63,725 nucleotides of DNA, filler included, from Octopus bimaculoides (GCF_001194135.2; 9 parts of 8 records of this genome joined end to end with filler, not necessarily neighbours in it); one strand, 5' to 3'. Shown: positions 1 through 11,548, counted from the whole stretch's first letter. A program made the numbers and translations. Notes: a model not told the origin generated them from the sequence alone.

Positions 1-106
1 GGAGCCTGGTGTTGCCATCCGGTTTCACCATTCCTCAGTCAAATCGTCCAACCCATGCTAGCATGGAAGGCGGACGTTAAACGACGATGATGATGATGAT
101 GATGAT
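1..106 (+). mobile_element. 3' end of a non-LTR retroelement (RTE-type LINE or partner SINE) with (GAT)n tail
   Basis: Ends gtccaacccatgctagcatggaaggcggacgttaaacga followed by (GAT)n. This resembles RTE-type 3' tails (recall, no search). Confidence 0.55.
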
Positions 107-280
107 ATATATATATATATATATATATCGCGGTGACAATGGACGGGAGGACAATGATAGGGTTCATAATGGACAGACATATCTACAGTTAGAGTGATGG
201 ATTGATGGGTTAGGGTTAGAGTTGGGGATGCACAAATGACAGACAGTTTACCTGCAGTTGTCCCATGTCTTGATCATATT

Positions 281-803
281 TTTGTATCCAATTCTCAACT
301 TCTGTTTCTGCCTTGAACTTTCGCTGTTGATAGAAAACACAAATCTTATATTATAAAAGTGAAGCTGGTCTCTGTCTGTCTTTCCATCCATAACAAGACC
401 TGTTAGAGGAAGGGAAAGAAGGGACAAGGAAAACGTTGATGAGAGAGTGTAATAGATATATAGATAGATAGATAGATAGGTAAATAGATAGATAGATAAT
501 CATAAATATACAGGGATTAGCATTGAGTTGCTTCTCCAACATACTGAAAATTTAGAAATAGCAGTCACAGAACTATTGATTCTAAACTACAAATTTTTCT
601 CTAAATGGATTTCTTTTGAGGTGGGGTGCCTGAACTCACTAGCCGATGAATTCGTAAGTGCCTTTACTTCTCGTTGGTTTTTGGTGTCGCATGGCCAGAA
701 ATTACTGTGAATTTTTTTAGAGACACTTTCAAATTTATCAGAATATTGGGCTGAAGAGTCGGAATAGAGTTATATCTTAACCGCGAAACGTTTGTATCCA
801 ATT
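281..803 (+). mobile_element. Penelope-like / retrozyme-like repeat unit ending in a hammerhead-like motif
   Basis: 13-bp direct repeat tttgtatccaatt at 281-293 and 791-803. About 500-790 is homologous to about 10040-10295. CTGAAGA...GAAACGTT core at 751-792. Confidence 0.45.
746..802 (+). ncRNA. candidate type I hammerhead ribozyme motif
   Basis: CUGAAGA 751-757; helix II G(u)CGG/CCGC; GAAAC 785-789; GUU 790-792 within the palindrome AACGUU; distal helix I auugg/ccaau. Confidence 0.4.
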
Positions 804-1127
804 AACTAAAGGCAGGTTTGTTTTTGCTTTTCACTCTGGTNNNNNNNNNNNNNNNNNNNNNNNNNNNNNNNNNNNNNNNNNNNNNNNNNNNNNNNNNNNN
901 NNNNNNNNNNNNNNNNNNNNNNNNNNNNNNNNNNNNNNNNNNNNNNNNNNNNNNNNNNNNNNNNNNNNNNNNNNNNNNNNNNNNNNNNNNNNNNNNNNNN
1001 NNNNNNNNNNNNNNNNNNNNNNNNNNNNNNNNNNNNNNNNNNNNNNNNNNNNNNNNNNNNNNNNNNNNNNNNNNNNNNNNNNNNNNNNNNNNNNNNNNNN
1101 NNNNNNNNNNNNNNNNNNNNNNNNNNN

Positions 1128-1170
<43 letters not shown>

Positions 1171-1194
1171 CAGATAGATAGAGATAGATAGATA

Positions 1195-1435
1195 GATTTC
1201 TTTTATTAGCCACACAGGGCTCAACATAGATGGGACAAATACAATGTAGAGTTTTTTTCTTTTCGATGGGGACGAAAATAAAGTAAAAAAAAAATAAAAT
1301 GGGGATAACGATGAAAAGGCATCGAGAAAACGTTTGGGGTATGTACAAAAAAAAATGAAAATATTACAAAAATTTCCCAATAAATGGGGAGGTTATCCGT
1401 GGAAAGAAAAACCTATGGAAAAGACCACGGTAACC
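1195..1435 (-). mobile_element. interspersed repeat, retroelement-like 3' end with AATAAA and (TATC)n tail
   Basis: Reverse complement closely matches 4875-5108 (ctctacattgtatttgtcccatct...gttgagccctgtgtggctaataaaag). Confidence 0.6.
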
Positions 1436-1728
1436 TCGGTCCATAATGTCACAATTTGTAAAATAAAAGCACTTTTGTTTACGAAAGAAATGTAAGTAAC
1501 TCTCTGTTTACAAAATTTTAAAACGTTTTATAGAATCATGGTCAAGGTGGCTTCGTCATTTATACGTGCCATTCTTGCTACATGTATCCATCTTTTTTCG
1601 AAGCATTTGCTAGACAACACTTGCCTCTCTACTCTCACCTTCCTTTTCAAGTGATACTTGAAAAAGTTGATGAGAGATTGACCAGAGAGGAAAGTATTTG
1701 TCTCTAATCCTTTCAGACGCTATGTAGA

Positions 1729-1760
<32 letters not shown>

Positions 1761-1851
1761 GAGATAGATATAAACATAGATATATAATACATTTTGTTGC
1801 TTTTTTGTTGTGTATGTGTGTGTGCATGTGTGCACATGTGCATGTATGTGT

Positions 1852-1890
<39 letters not shown>

Positions 1891-1938
1891 TATCAGTACG
1901 CTTTTCAACATACAGACAATGCAATACAGCAAATAATT

Positions 1939-2010
1939 CAGTGGTTCTTAAACAGGGTGGGTGCGCACACCCTAGTAGGGTGTCAGTAATTTCCAGGGTG
2001 GAGGGGTTGC
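1939..2010 (+). mobile_element. possible hAT (Charlie-like) left terminus
   Basis: cagtggttcttaaacagggtgggtgcgcacaccc resembles CAGTGGTTCTCAAC-type hAT ends. No right end is visible before the gap. Confidence 0.3.
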
Positions 2011-2250
2011 AAGCCTTTGAGAAAAAAGTAGGAATTTCTCTAATTATATTTGTTATTCTATTAACCCTAACCCCGTACACCAGATTGACTGCTTGCAGAC
2101 TCCCATCTCATCCTGAAGATGAAAATGCAGCTCAAATGCCAGCGTTTTTAATGATGTCGTCAAAATCCAGAGCGAATCACAGAAAGTCCTCTACTCCCCC
2201 CCCATGNNNNNNNNNNNNNNNNNNNNNNNNNNNNNNNNNNNNNNNNNNNN

Positions 2251-2262
2251 TTAATTAATTAA
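2251..2262. other. artificial scaffold gap linker TTAATTAATTAA (first of 8)
   Basis: 44 N + 12-mer + 44 N = 100 bp. Also at 4819, 10340, 18915, 21104, 31484, 33995 and 51984. Confidence 0.95.
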
Positions 2263-2364
2263 NNNNNNNNNNNNNNNNNNNNNNNNNNNNNNNNNNNNNN
2301 NNNNNNTATATACATTCAAAAAATAACCGACTTTGATTTCTCTCGCTCCAAACTTGACCGCAGC

Positions 2365-2665
2365 TTAGTGGCGAGCGAGGCACGTTCAAGCAGGCCATCC
2401 GCAAGCCGAAAAGAGCTGATTGAGAATGTTCGGCGAATAGTCGTGGTCAGCGGTCATGTAACAATCTAGGTAATGATTAGTACATTCCACTTTACCGTAG
2501 GAATTGTGCATGCAGAGAATGTCAGCGAAAATATAAAGTCAGATACGAAAACACACCTCGTTATCCAATCTTTGCTGGTTAAGAACAACACACAATTGGG
2601 TCGACAGGCACCCTATTCTCCCGAATTGGTACCGTGTGACTCCTGGCTCTTCTCCAAACTGAAAT
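2365..2665 (+). pseudogene. internally deleted mariner transposase remnant
   Basis: Translates as EARSSRPSASRKELIENVRRIV (RSGRP/HTH region), then HLVIQSLLVKNNTQLGRQAPYSPELVPCDSWLFSKLK (mariner YSPDLAP motif). Most of the catalytic domain is missing between them. Confidence 0.8.
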
Positions 2666-2824
2666 GTCATACCTGTATGTCACTGTGTGTTTGTGTTACA
2701 ATTTGTAATTATAAGAGGAAGATAATAGGGGAGATTATCTTACCTGAAATTTACCCATTATCTCGAACGCGCATATTCATTTAATTTTATATTCTTGTGT
2801 TCTTGTATTCTATTATGCGTTAAT

Positions 2825-2901
<77 letters not shown>

Positions 2902-3010
2902 NNNNNNNNNNNNNNNNNNNNNNNNNNNNNNNNNNNNNNNNNNNNNNNNNNNNNNNNNNNNNNNNNNNNNNNNNNNNNNNNNNNNNNNNNNNNNNNATAT
3001 ACAGGCATAC

Positions 3011-3049
<39 letters not shown>

Positions 3050-3330
3050 TATATATATATATTCCGAGAAAACGTGGAATACTTCTGTGAAACTATCTCA
3101 ACGAGATATAAATTGAAGAAAACCAGAAACAGAGCCATAGTCGTCTTCATACCGATTTTCTTATTGACTGGAAAGCTAGTTGGTACAGACGTTAAAAGAT
3201 GACAACCAGCAATTACCTTTGAATTGTTGTGATAAACTTGGTCATTAAATAATCCGAGGAATTGTGAATTTCTCGTCGCTTCTTTGCGTAATGATTCAGT
3301 AACACAAGGCACCACAACTAAAGTAGTAGA

Positions 3331-3425
3331 ATACTTCATCTGAAGAGGTCTGTTTTGTCACATTTGAAGGGTACTCTCACTTTATACCCAGTGCGCAAGG
3401 ACAAAGCTGAAAGCTGCGATCAGTA
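3331..3425 (+). ncRNA. degenerate hammerhead-like motif with long helix II
   Basis: CUGAAGA 3340-3346; guuuuguc/gacaaagc plus inner gggua/uaccc stems; GAAAGCU 3409-3415 (AGCU palindrome). The cleavage position is G and helix I is imperfect. Confidence 0.25.
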
Positions 3426-3552
3426 ACCTCTAAGTGTTTTCCTCGGTTCTTTCCGATTTTGTACTTATGAAGTAAAAGTGACTGTTTTAGCGTTTATACT
3501 TTGGTTTACTGAACAAACTACACCTTGAATATTATTATAATGGGTGCATAGA

Positions 3553-4092
3553 TACGAGGTCTGATCAATAAGTATCCGGATTGTTACCATAGTAACGACG
3601 CTAGAGCACGCAGAGTAAAGCTGCTTGACATAGATTGACCTTGAACTCTGCTGTGCATGCGCACTTAGATTTAACATTGTAGCTCACTTCCAATGTTTAC
3701 AGCAGTGCTTGGAATTAACGTGTGTAGCGTGTGATCGGAAAGTTGTCATGGCGATACCTGCTCAGAAATCTACGCAAAGTTGCAGAAAGTGTATGAAAAG
3801 GAGTGTATGAGTCACCCGTAAGAGGATGAGTGTTTCAGAACTTTCTAAGATGGCCGAAAAAATCTCGATATCGACGAAAGTTTTGGGATACCCACAATCA
3901 GCAGAACTGAGAAAAAACCTCGCAGATCTGCATGCAGTTGTGAGGGGAAATTGTCGAATCACTATCCGTGAGTTATTAGAGGATGTACAGATTAGTTAGG
4001 GTTCAGTTCAGTCCATTAGCACTGAAAATTTTGGTATGCAACGTGTGTCCGCCTAGTTTGTGGCAAAACTGCTCTCAGCTGACCAAAAAGAC
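3553..4092 (+). mobile_element. mariner 5' half (TA + left TIR + degenerate N-terminal transposase)
   Basis: Starts TA-CGAGGTCTGATCAATAAGTATCCGG. Encodes GDTCSEIYAKLQKVYEKECMS...RITIRELLEDVQIS*GSVQSISTENFGMQRVSA*FVAKLLSADQK, where FVAKLL corresponds to the WVPHxL motif. Stops and frameshifts are present. Confidence 0.85.
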
Positions 4093-4208
4093 TTTGAAAA
4101 TTTCGCGTAGGCTTCTCAGCAGGTGTCACCAATCTTTTGACAAAATTTGATGCAGATTCTCTGCTCAACTTTCTCTGTCGTGTACAATGCAACGATCATA
4201 CGCTACAC
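4091..4208 (-). mobile_element. inverted fragment of the same mariner 5' region
   Basis: Minus strand reads TEKVEQRICIKFCQKIGDTC*EAYAK and shares gtgtagcgt(a/g)tgatcg with about 3722-3737. Confidence 0.75.
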
Positions 4209-4726
4209 GCCTTGATTCCAAGCACTGTTGTAAACAGCAGATGTGACCAAATCCGGTCACAGGGTTTTCGTCTGCCTGAGACTATAGTAAAAGGCACCAG
4301 CCCAGTGTACCACGCAGTGGGAGCCAACTGGAAACCATGTGATTGGGACGCAAACTTCTTACTACATACAAACCTCTGTACCTATATGTAGCATTCACAT
4401 ATTTGAGTTTATTATATCCGCAAAAGCATGTATTGCAGTTGCGTAGTTGAAAGCAAAAACAGGTTAAATACTAACATCAACTATTCAATCGTATTCCATT
4501 CCTCTATCATTGGAATATTCAAGAAATTTACCGATCAAATTAATATTGTCTAATTTGCCCTGCACAGGCCAGTTCATTACATCGTACCTAATTAAAAAGA
4601 TATTAGATTCTAAGAGAAATTTGACTTCTGGATTGTGAGAGCCAAAGATTTTAATTAAATGTCCTAATTGCTCGTTCACAATACGTGCTAAAACTATAGA
4701 ATTGGAACATTCGGAAACATACGTAC

Positions 4727-4774
<48 letters not shown>

Positions 4775-4874
4775 NNNNNNNNNNNNNNNNNNNNNNNNNN
4801 NNNNNNNNNNNNNNNNNNTTAATTAATTAANNNNNNNNNNNNNNNNNNNNNNNNNNNNNNNNNNNNNNNNNNNN

Positions 4875-5108
4875 CGTGGTCTTTTCCGTAGGCTTTTCTT
4901 TCCCCGGCTAAACCTAAACTGTCCTCCCCTCTTTTTACACGAGAACATTACTGTGTGATACACGATCCCTATTGATCGCTCTTTTTTTTTCTCGATCCCT
5001 TTTGATCGACACCCCCCCTTTTTTATTCCTTCCCCCTCCCAAAAGGAAAAGCTCTACATTGTATTTGTCCCATCTTCGTTGAGCCCTGTGTGGCTAATAA
5101 AAGAAATG
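4875..5108 (+). mobile_element. second copy of the 1195-1435 repeat
   Basis: Inverted homology to 1195-1435, followed by (TATC)n. Confidence 0.6.
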
Positions 5109-5182
5109 TATCTATCTATCTATCTATCGATCTGTTTGTCTATCTACTCACACACACATACCTATGTATATGTATATATATA

Positions 5183-5600
5183 TCAGTTTGGAGGGATCAT
5201 ATTCGGGTGGATACCATGGTAGCTCTCAGTTAAGTTCCAGATTACGGCTAACAGCATCGATTGGTATATCGTGCTGTCCAACATATAAAGAGTTGCAAAG
5301 CGACATTGTTGGCAACAGATGAAAATAGAAGAGATATAAGAGAAAGAGTTCCGGGTGTCAATAACCTGTTGATTGGTTCCAGTGAGGGAGGTGGCATTCG
5401 TAATGAACGGACAACAACGATAATGGTGTCTGGAGCAAGGAAAGGATCCAAGAAGTGTGGTAGAAAGGGAGGGGAGAAACCTACGGAACAGTAAGTCGCA
5501 CAGGTCACGGGCACATTTGAAGGAAGTAATAGGTGGATTGTGTAAAATAGGGAGTGCCGTACAACCACATTCCAGACGATGGAAGGCCCATGTATGATGT
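5183..5600 (-). pseudogene. Penelope-like element linker + GIY-YIG endonuclease remnant (Penelope/Poseidon-like)
   Basis: HNPPITSFKCARDLCDLL...GSFPCSRHHYRCCPFITNATSLTG...FICCQQC, then YVGQ in a shifted frame. This matches the PLE pattern PPxxSFxRxxNLRDLLV...GTFPCxxxRCxTCPFI...YIGQT. Confidence 0.7.
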
Positions 5601-6062
5601 AAACAGAACGCAAAATACGAGTATATATTTTTATTAATATTTAGTAGAAACAACACTGCCTGAAAAGCAGAGAGTTTCATTTTTTGTCACTTATAAGGAC
5701 CAGGGCACGAAACTCTCGGCCCCTGAGTCATTCTGTTGAATCTGATAAATATATAAAAATATATACATACATGCATACATACATATGTATGTATGTATGT
5801 ATTTTTATATATATATATATGTATATATATATATAGCTTAGAGAAATTACAACTAATCAAATTATATTTTCTTAGGAGTTATAGGGGATTTCTGAAAATA
5901 GGCGCCAACGTCCAATTGGCACTAATAATTTTCTACCTGCAGTTTATATTCGCCTTAATAGTCTACGCACCGTCCAATCCAATGCATTTGAAGTATTTTT
6001 AAGCGACATGACTAATAAATTATTGACCCGGCATCTAATTATTTACACACACAACCCCCCAC

Positions 6063-6125
<63 letters not shown>

Positions 6126-7596
6126 CTTTGTTTTGTTTTGCTTCATAATTTAAGCGTTTCATTGTTCCTCAAAAAAATTCGCGTTTGCGAAAACCACGGG
6201 GGAAATAGTATTTCAGTTGCTATGGGTCAAACGTAGAAGAAAAATATTTTGTGTCTGTAGACCGCAAATACCAACGTTTCAAGATCATATTTTGCTAATC
6301 ATATCCAATCTATTTTTTACTTAAAAGCTGAAGAAAAGGTGAATATAGATACTCTTTTGAAAAATATAATGACGTTTGAATGTTTATTTGTGTTATATTT
6401 CTGTTTCATATTCGCTGATGTTCTTTGCGATGTAAATGTTCACATGATGTGGCAGAACACAATCAGTAAATGAATACTGCGCTTTGAGGATCAAAACATG
6501 CCTTTTATTTATAAGGAAAATGTTAATAAAATTCATGTTACACATGGAGCCTAATGAAGGAAAGATTCATCAACAAACTCATATCGGTCTATTCTCTCGA
6601 AATCCTTACTATCATCATGAATTTTAAATCCTAAAACCATGCTTTTGGGATTTAGAAATTTACCCTATTATGAAAAGACGGTTCGTGATCGCATAAAACT
6701 CAAATGATATGAGAGATCAGTGAGATCGAATAGAATTCTAAAACAAAAAGTGACGCAGCATTGTTAATTCGAATAAAAGATTGCGATAGACAATGATTAA
6801 ATATATAATGTACAGGAATAATCGCCAGAGTTCAACTGAAGTAAATGCAAGTTCGAGCGAACCTGATATGGGCTTTATGTTCATCCCTCTCTAATTTCAT
6901 TAATTGCTCTGCACCCAAAATTATGTTAGCGTCATACTTTGGTGGTTCTTTCCATTAATACTCTATTACACAGTATCTGAGGCATCAAGGAAAATCACCA
7001 TTGTTTACTTCATTCGCATCATCTTGCAAGATGCGTTTTTATCAATCAGAGGAACGTTGAGTAGAACAGCAGCCTTAAATTTACTGATAAATTAAAAGAA
7101 CACACTTGAATGTTGACGATGATATTCATGCTCCATTGAAGAATATCTACACACACACACACGCAGAAACACGCGCGCACACACAAAATGTATACGCACA
7201 CATACACCTATACGTATATATGCATGTATGTATATACATATATGTATATATATATATATATATNNNNNNNNNNNNNNNNNNNNNNNNNNNNNNNNNNNNN
7301 NNNNNNNNNNNNNNNNNNNNNNNNNNNNNNNNNNNNNNNNNNNNNNNNNNNNNNNNNNNNNNNNNNNNNNNNNNNNNNNNNNNNNNNNNNNNNNNNNNNN
7401 NNNNNNNNNNNNNNNNNNNNNNNNNNNNNNNNNNNNNNNNNNNNNNNNNNNNNNNNNNNNNNNNNNNNNNNNNNNNNNNNNNNNNNNNNNNNNNNNNNNN
7501 NNNNNNNNNNNNNNNNNNNNNNNNNNNNNNNNNNNNNNNNNNNNNNNNNNNNNNNNNNNNNNNNNNNNNNNNNNNNNNNNNNNNNNNNNNNNNNNN

Positions 7597-7627
<31 letters not shown>

Positions 7628-8949
7628 TATGTATACATATACATACGAGTGTGTAAGTGTGTTTATATATGAGTGTGTGCACATGTAAGTGCGTAACCAA
7701 AATTGTTTTGATCAAATAATAGACTAACGTTAAGTTCAGGGCAATTTATTATTTCTACACTGCATCAGTTGTCTTAGCTTTGGGAATAAATGTTTGTGAA
7801 AGAAGTAAATAAGGCTGATAACCCATTAAAACTAAACTATGGTCACAAAAGGTCAAGCAATTATCTATTTTCATCTATCTCTCTTTTCTGTATCGATATA
7901 TCTTTCCGCTTGTATTCCTATCGATATCTGTACCTAGGAATAGATGTTTTTCAGATATAAATATTAAGCTAGATTGACCCCAAATATAAATTACGCTAAT
8001 ATTGATAGAGTATGTTGCTATTTTGATATAAACTGATGATAATGCGTTGCAAACATATAGGAACTATGAAGCATAGATTTTACAGTCCATAGTGGTTGTA
8101 CATAAATAACAGAAATAGTATGTATTACTACATGCATTACCCCACTCGCTTACCATATATCTACTATCTTACCAGAAATACACATACTATATCTCGTGCT
8201 CTATTCCTCGCTTATAATATATTAACCATCAGGAATCCACTAAGAAATTATTCCCTCTCTCTCACTCTCTCTCACACTCCTCTCTCACTCCTTTTATCTC
8301 CCCATCAATTTCTCTCTTTCTCATTATTTTCTATCTACTATCAACATATTTCCAACTAAACCTCAGTATCATTATACCAGCAACCTCAAAACTTTCTGCA
8401 CTGGTCTTCGTTCCTTAATCTTTAGAGTGCTCTGCGGAATAGGATTACAGTTTTCTGTGACATAATAAAGGTTGTTAGAGAGAGTACTGTCGATCTATTT
8501 CTGATGAGGGCAGTTTATTCTATTCTTTCCTCACTGAAGTGTGAAGGTGAAACATTCTACATGCAACATGGTCCTCTGCAGTTCTAAGTACGTGGCAACC
8601 AGTTTTTAATTTTCCAGTATAACCTGTGGCTATTATGTGTAGTGGTAGTTGATTCGCTTGAATTTAGCAAAATAGTTACCCCCTCATATATATTCTTGCT
8701 TCATTGTAACACCACTGGATAGGAAAATAAGAGACAAGATTCAATTCACAAAGCTTAAAAGGTTGGGGAAATAATCGAACTACGCATCAATAATAAACAT
8801 GCAGACGCACGCACGCACACACACGCACACAGACACAGACACACGCACATAAATATTGGTATGTTTGTATATATGTACGTATGTAACTACACAAATGCTT
8901 TTCCTGATAATTCTTCCCCTTCTCTCCGGAACTTAGCTCTCTCCATGTT

Positions 8950-8978
8950 TTCATGAAGAGACATACTCGAAACGTCAG
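8950..8978 (+). ncRNA. degenerate minimal hammerhead-like motif
   Basis: UUCAUGA-A-GAG-acaua-CUC-GAAAC-GUC-A. Same layout as 11549-11583, but the core is mutated. Confidence 0.25.
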
Positions 8979-9522
8979 CCCCACCATTTCTCCATCTTAT
9001 TCTGAGCATCAACAAAATATATTCCATGTGTACAACCTTTTGACTTTTGTTGGTTTGTTATTTTTATTTTCAATTTTCCAAGCTATTTACCATGTGCATG
9101 GTTAACAAGAATAACGGCAGTTATGGCTAATCTTAGTCATTCGTGTTATATATCTATACTTAAGCATGTGTATTGCGAGGTCGAATTGAAGGGATATTTC
9201 TATAAAATTTGTGTTCATTAAACAGCAGGGAATTCAGTGCCAGATAGAAAAATTACTTCTATCATACAGTGGCATTGAAAAGTGATTGGAGCGCACAAAT
9301 GTTAAAAAGTCATAAAAGTGCATTCTAAATCAATTATACTTTCTTATAATGAGCATAACGCAGTCCTAGGCCTGTGATTGAGAAGCTTGTTTAGAAAACC
9401 ACATGGTCTTCACTTCAATCCCTTCTACTCGAGCTCATAAACTAAAGAATTGCCACGTGAGGACTAATATACTTGAAGTACCCTGTCCGAAATACATATC
9501 ATATATACATGTGTATGTGTGT

Positions 9523-9560
<38 letters not shown>

Positions 9561-9718
9561 ATCAATATGCATGATTTTATGATGTATGTAACCCCACCAG
9601 AACTTCACAACCAGTGGCCTGTTGGTGCAATAAAATCTTGCATGGGCATTTCTAGTATTTTGCATGGGTAGTGGTCAGTGATGGTCTCCGATTCCTAATG
9701 GGCAGCCATAATATATAC

Positions 9719-9816
<98 letters not shown>

Positions 9817-9944
9817 AAAAGTGACAACACAAGCATTAGAGTTGATATTAGATAAATAGAGTATTACTTTTATATATTATAATTTGGAACAAACACCAAG
9901 TACTGTTTGTTCTAAATTATAATATATATATATATATATACAGA

Positions 9945-10295
9945 TATAGGGCAGGGAATTGCCAATTAGTAATAAAATTTATAATTAACAATTTTGCCAA
10001 GTAGTTCAGTATGAAAAAAACCTTTATCGGTAAAAACATTTATAATCATAAATATACAGGGGTCAGCATAAGTTGCTTCACCAACATACTGAAAATTTAG
10101 AAATAGCAGTCAAAGAACTACTGATTCTAAATTACAAATTTTGAACTTACTAGCCGATAAATTTTGTGAATGCCTTTCCTCATGTGATTTTGATGTCGCA
10201 TGGTCAAATTCCCATGAGTATATAGACATTTTCGGATTTATCGTACATCATGCTGATGATTGAAAAAGAATAGCTTTATATTCTTAACCATGAAA
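9945..10295 (+). mobile_element. second copy of the 281-803 repeat family, cut off by a gap
   Basis: Shares aatcataaatatacaggg...ccaacatactgaaaatttagaaatagcagtc with about 498-580. Ends CTGATGA...aagaata-gcttta-tattctt...GAAA. Confidence 0.65.
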
Positions 10296-10959
10296 NNNNN
10301 NNNNNNNNNNNNNNNNNNNNNNNNNNNNNNNNNNNNNNNTTAATTAATTAANNNNNNNNNNNNNNNNNNNNNNNNNNNNNNNNNNNNNNNNNNNNTGTGT
10401 GTGTGTGTGTGTGTGTGTGTGCGTGCGTGTGTGTGTGTGTATTTCCATAATATAACATGAACGCGCAGATTAATTTTGTTTTCAATATTTTTACTTTTTG
10501 AATATCATTTTATTTTATTTTAAGGTAATAAATATGGTTTTTGGAAATTAGTATTAGTTTCATCATTTTGCATTAGCGCCAAGAAAGCCGATAAAAGTTA
10601 AACTATAATTATTGTATATTTGCCATATTTCCTGATAATATCCATGATGGCAAAAATACTCTTCGAAAGTTCACCATTATATGACGAATAACACTCTTGT
10701 ACACAGAATAAAACTTATAACCAGAAAAAACTGATTCTAGCAGTAAAAAAAAAAAAAAAAGAACAAACAAATTCTCCGTAAAGTCCAACAGAGAAAAAAA
10801 CGCATAAAAAAAGACATTAGAACTTATCCATATGACCAGAACATATTTCTATCGAAGAATTTACGACACATTGCGGACAGAAGATTCTTAAAAGAATGGA
10901 ATTCTTCAGAGACCTATGTATGGAATTCTTCCCAAATATTTATCTTCCGGAATGGATAA

Positions 10960-11300
10960 AAAGTTTTCCATTCTTCACAAACCCATAAAGTATGTGTCTC
11001 TGATCGACAAGAAATATTAGAAGTGGTGGAAAATTGATGCAGATATTTTTTTTACGAGTAAGCAGGGAAGATGACTCCTTGAAATAGATGTCACTGTTCG
11101 TTAATAAATGGAAGGTTCGTCGCTGTTCGTTAATAAATAGAAGGTTCGTTTCCAAACCAGCTATTTTATACAGCAACAGCTTATAGAGTCCACACAGAGA
11201 TTGAACAAAATTCATAATGATTCTATTACTTGTGCCACGACAATTAAAGTGTATTTTATATCGAGATTTAATTGAAGTGGGAAACTTGTAAAAGCCAGGA
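10960..11300 (-). pseudogene. possible highly degenerate PLE GIY-YIG remnant
   Basis: KIHFNC..SNRII..SLCGLY..ETN..INEQRR loosely resembles HFTCxSxNxIY.CxxCGLLYIGET..FxEHRR. A 27-bp tandem duplication lies at 11094-11149. Confidence 0.25.
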
Positions 11301-11548
11301 CTCTTTACAATAAACGATAGAAATCTGGAGCTGTTTCTCGTTTGTTGATAAAGTTTGTTGAGAGTCTGATTCAAAGAAAAATATTTACCACATGATTATA
11401 TCATAAGCTTTAATCATTTCGTTTTGGTTATGAGTAAGCATAAGTTTTAATTAAAAAGAAAAACATCCAATTAATACAATAAATTAACCTCGTGGTCATC
11501 GGTGGCGATTTTTTCTTCCTCCGTTTTTCCCTTCTTTGGACTTCCTTT

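Noticed and set aside
200-225. gggttagggttag telomere-like motif (also about 2061)
   Set aside because: Only about two units; too short for an interstitial telomere.
2207-2306. Recurrent palindromic TTAATTAATTAA between N-runs (8 sites)
   Set aside because: Always centred in an exact 100-bp N block with stops in all frames; an assembly linker, not biology.
10940-11374. 144-aa ORF as a host gene
   Set aside because: No coherent domain, contains a tandem duplication; at best a decayed PLE fragment.
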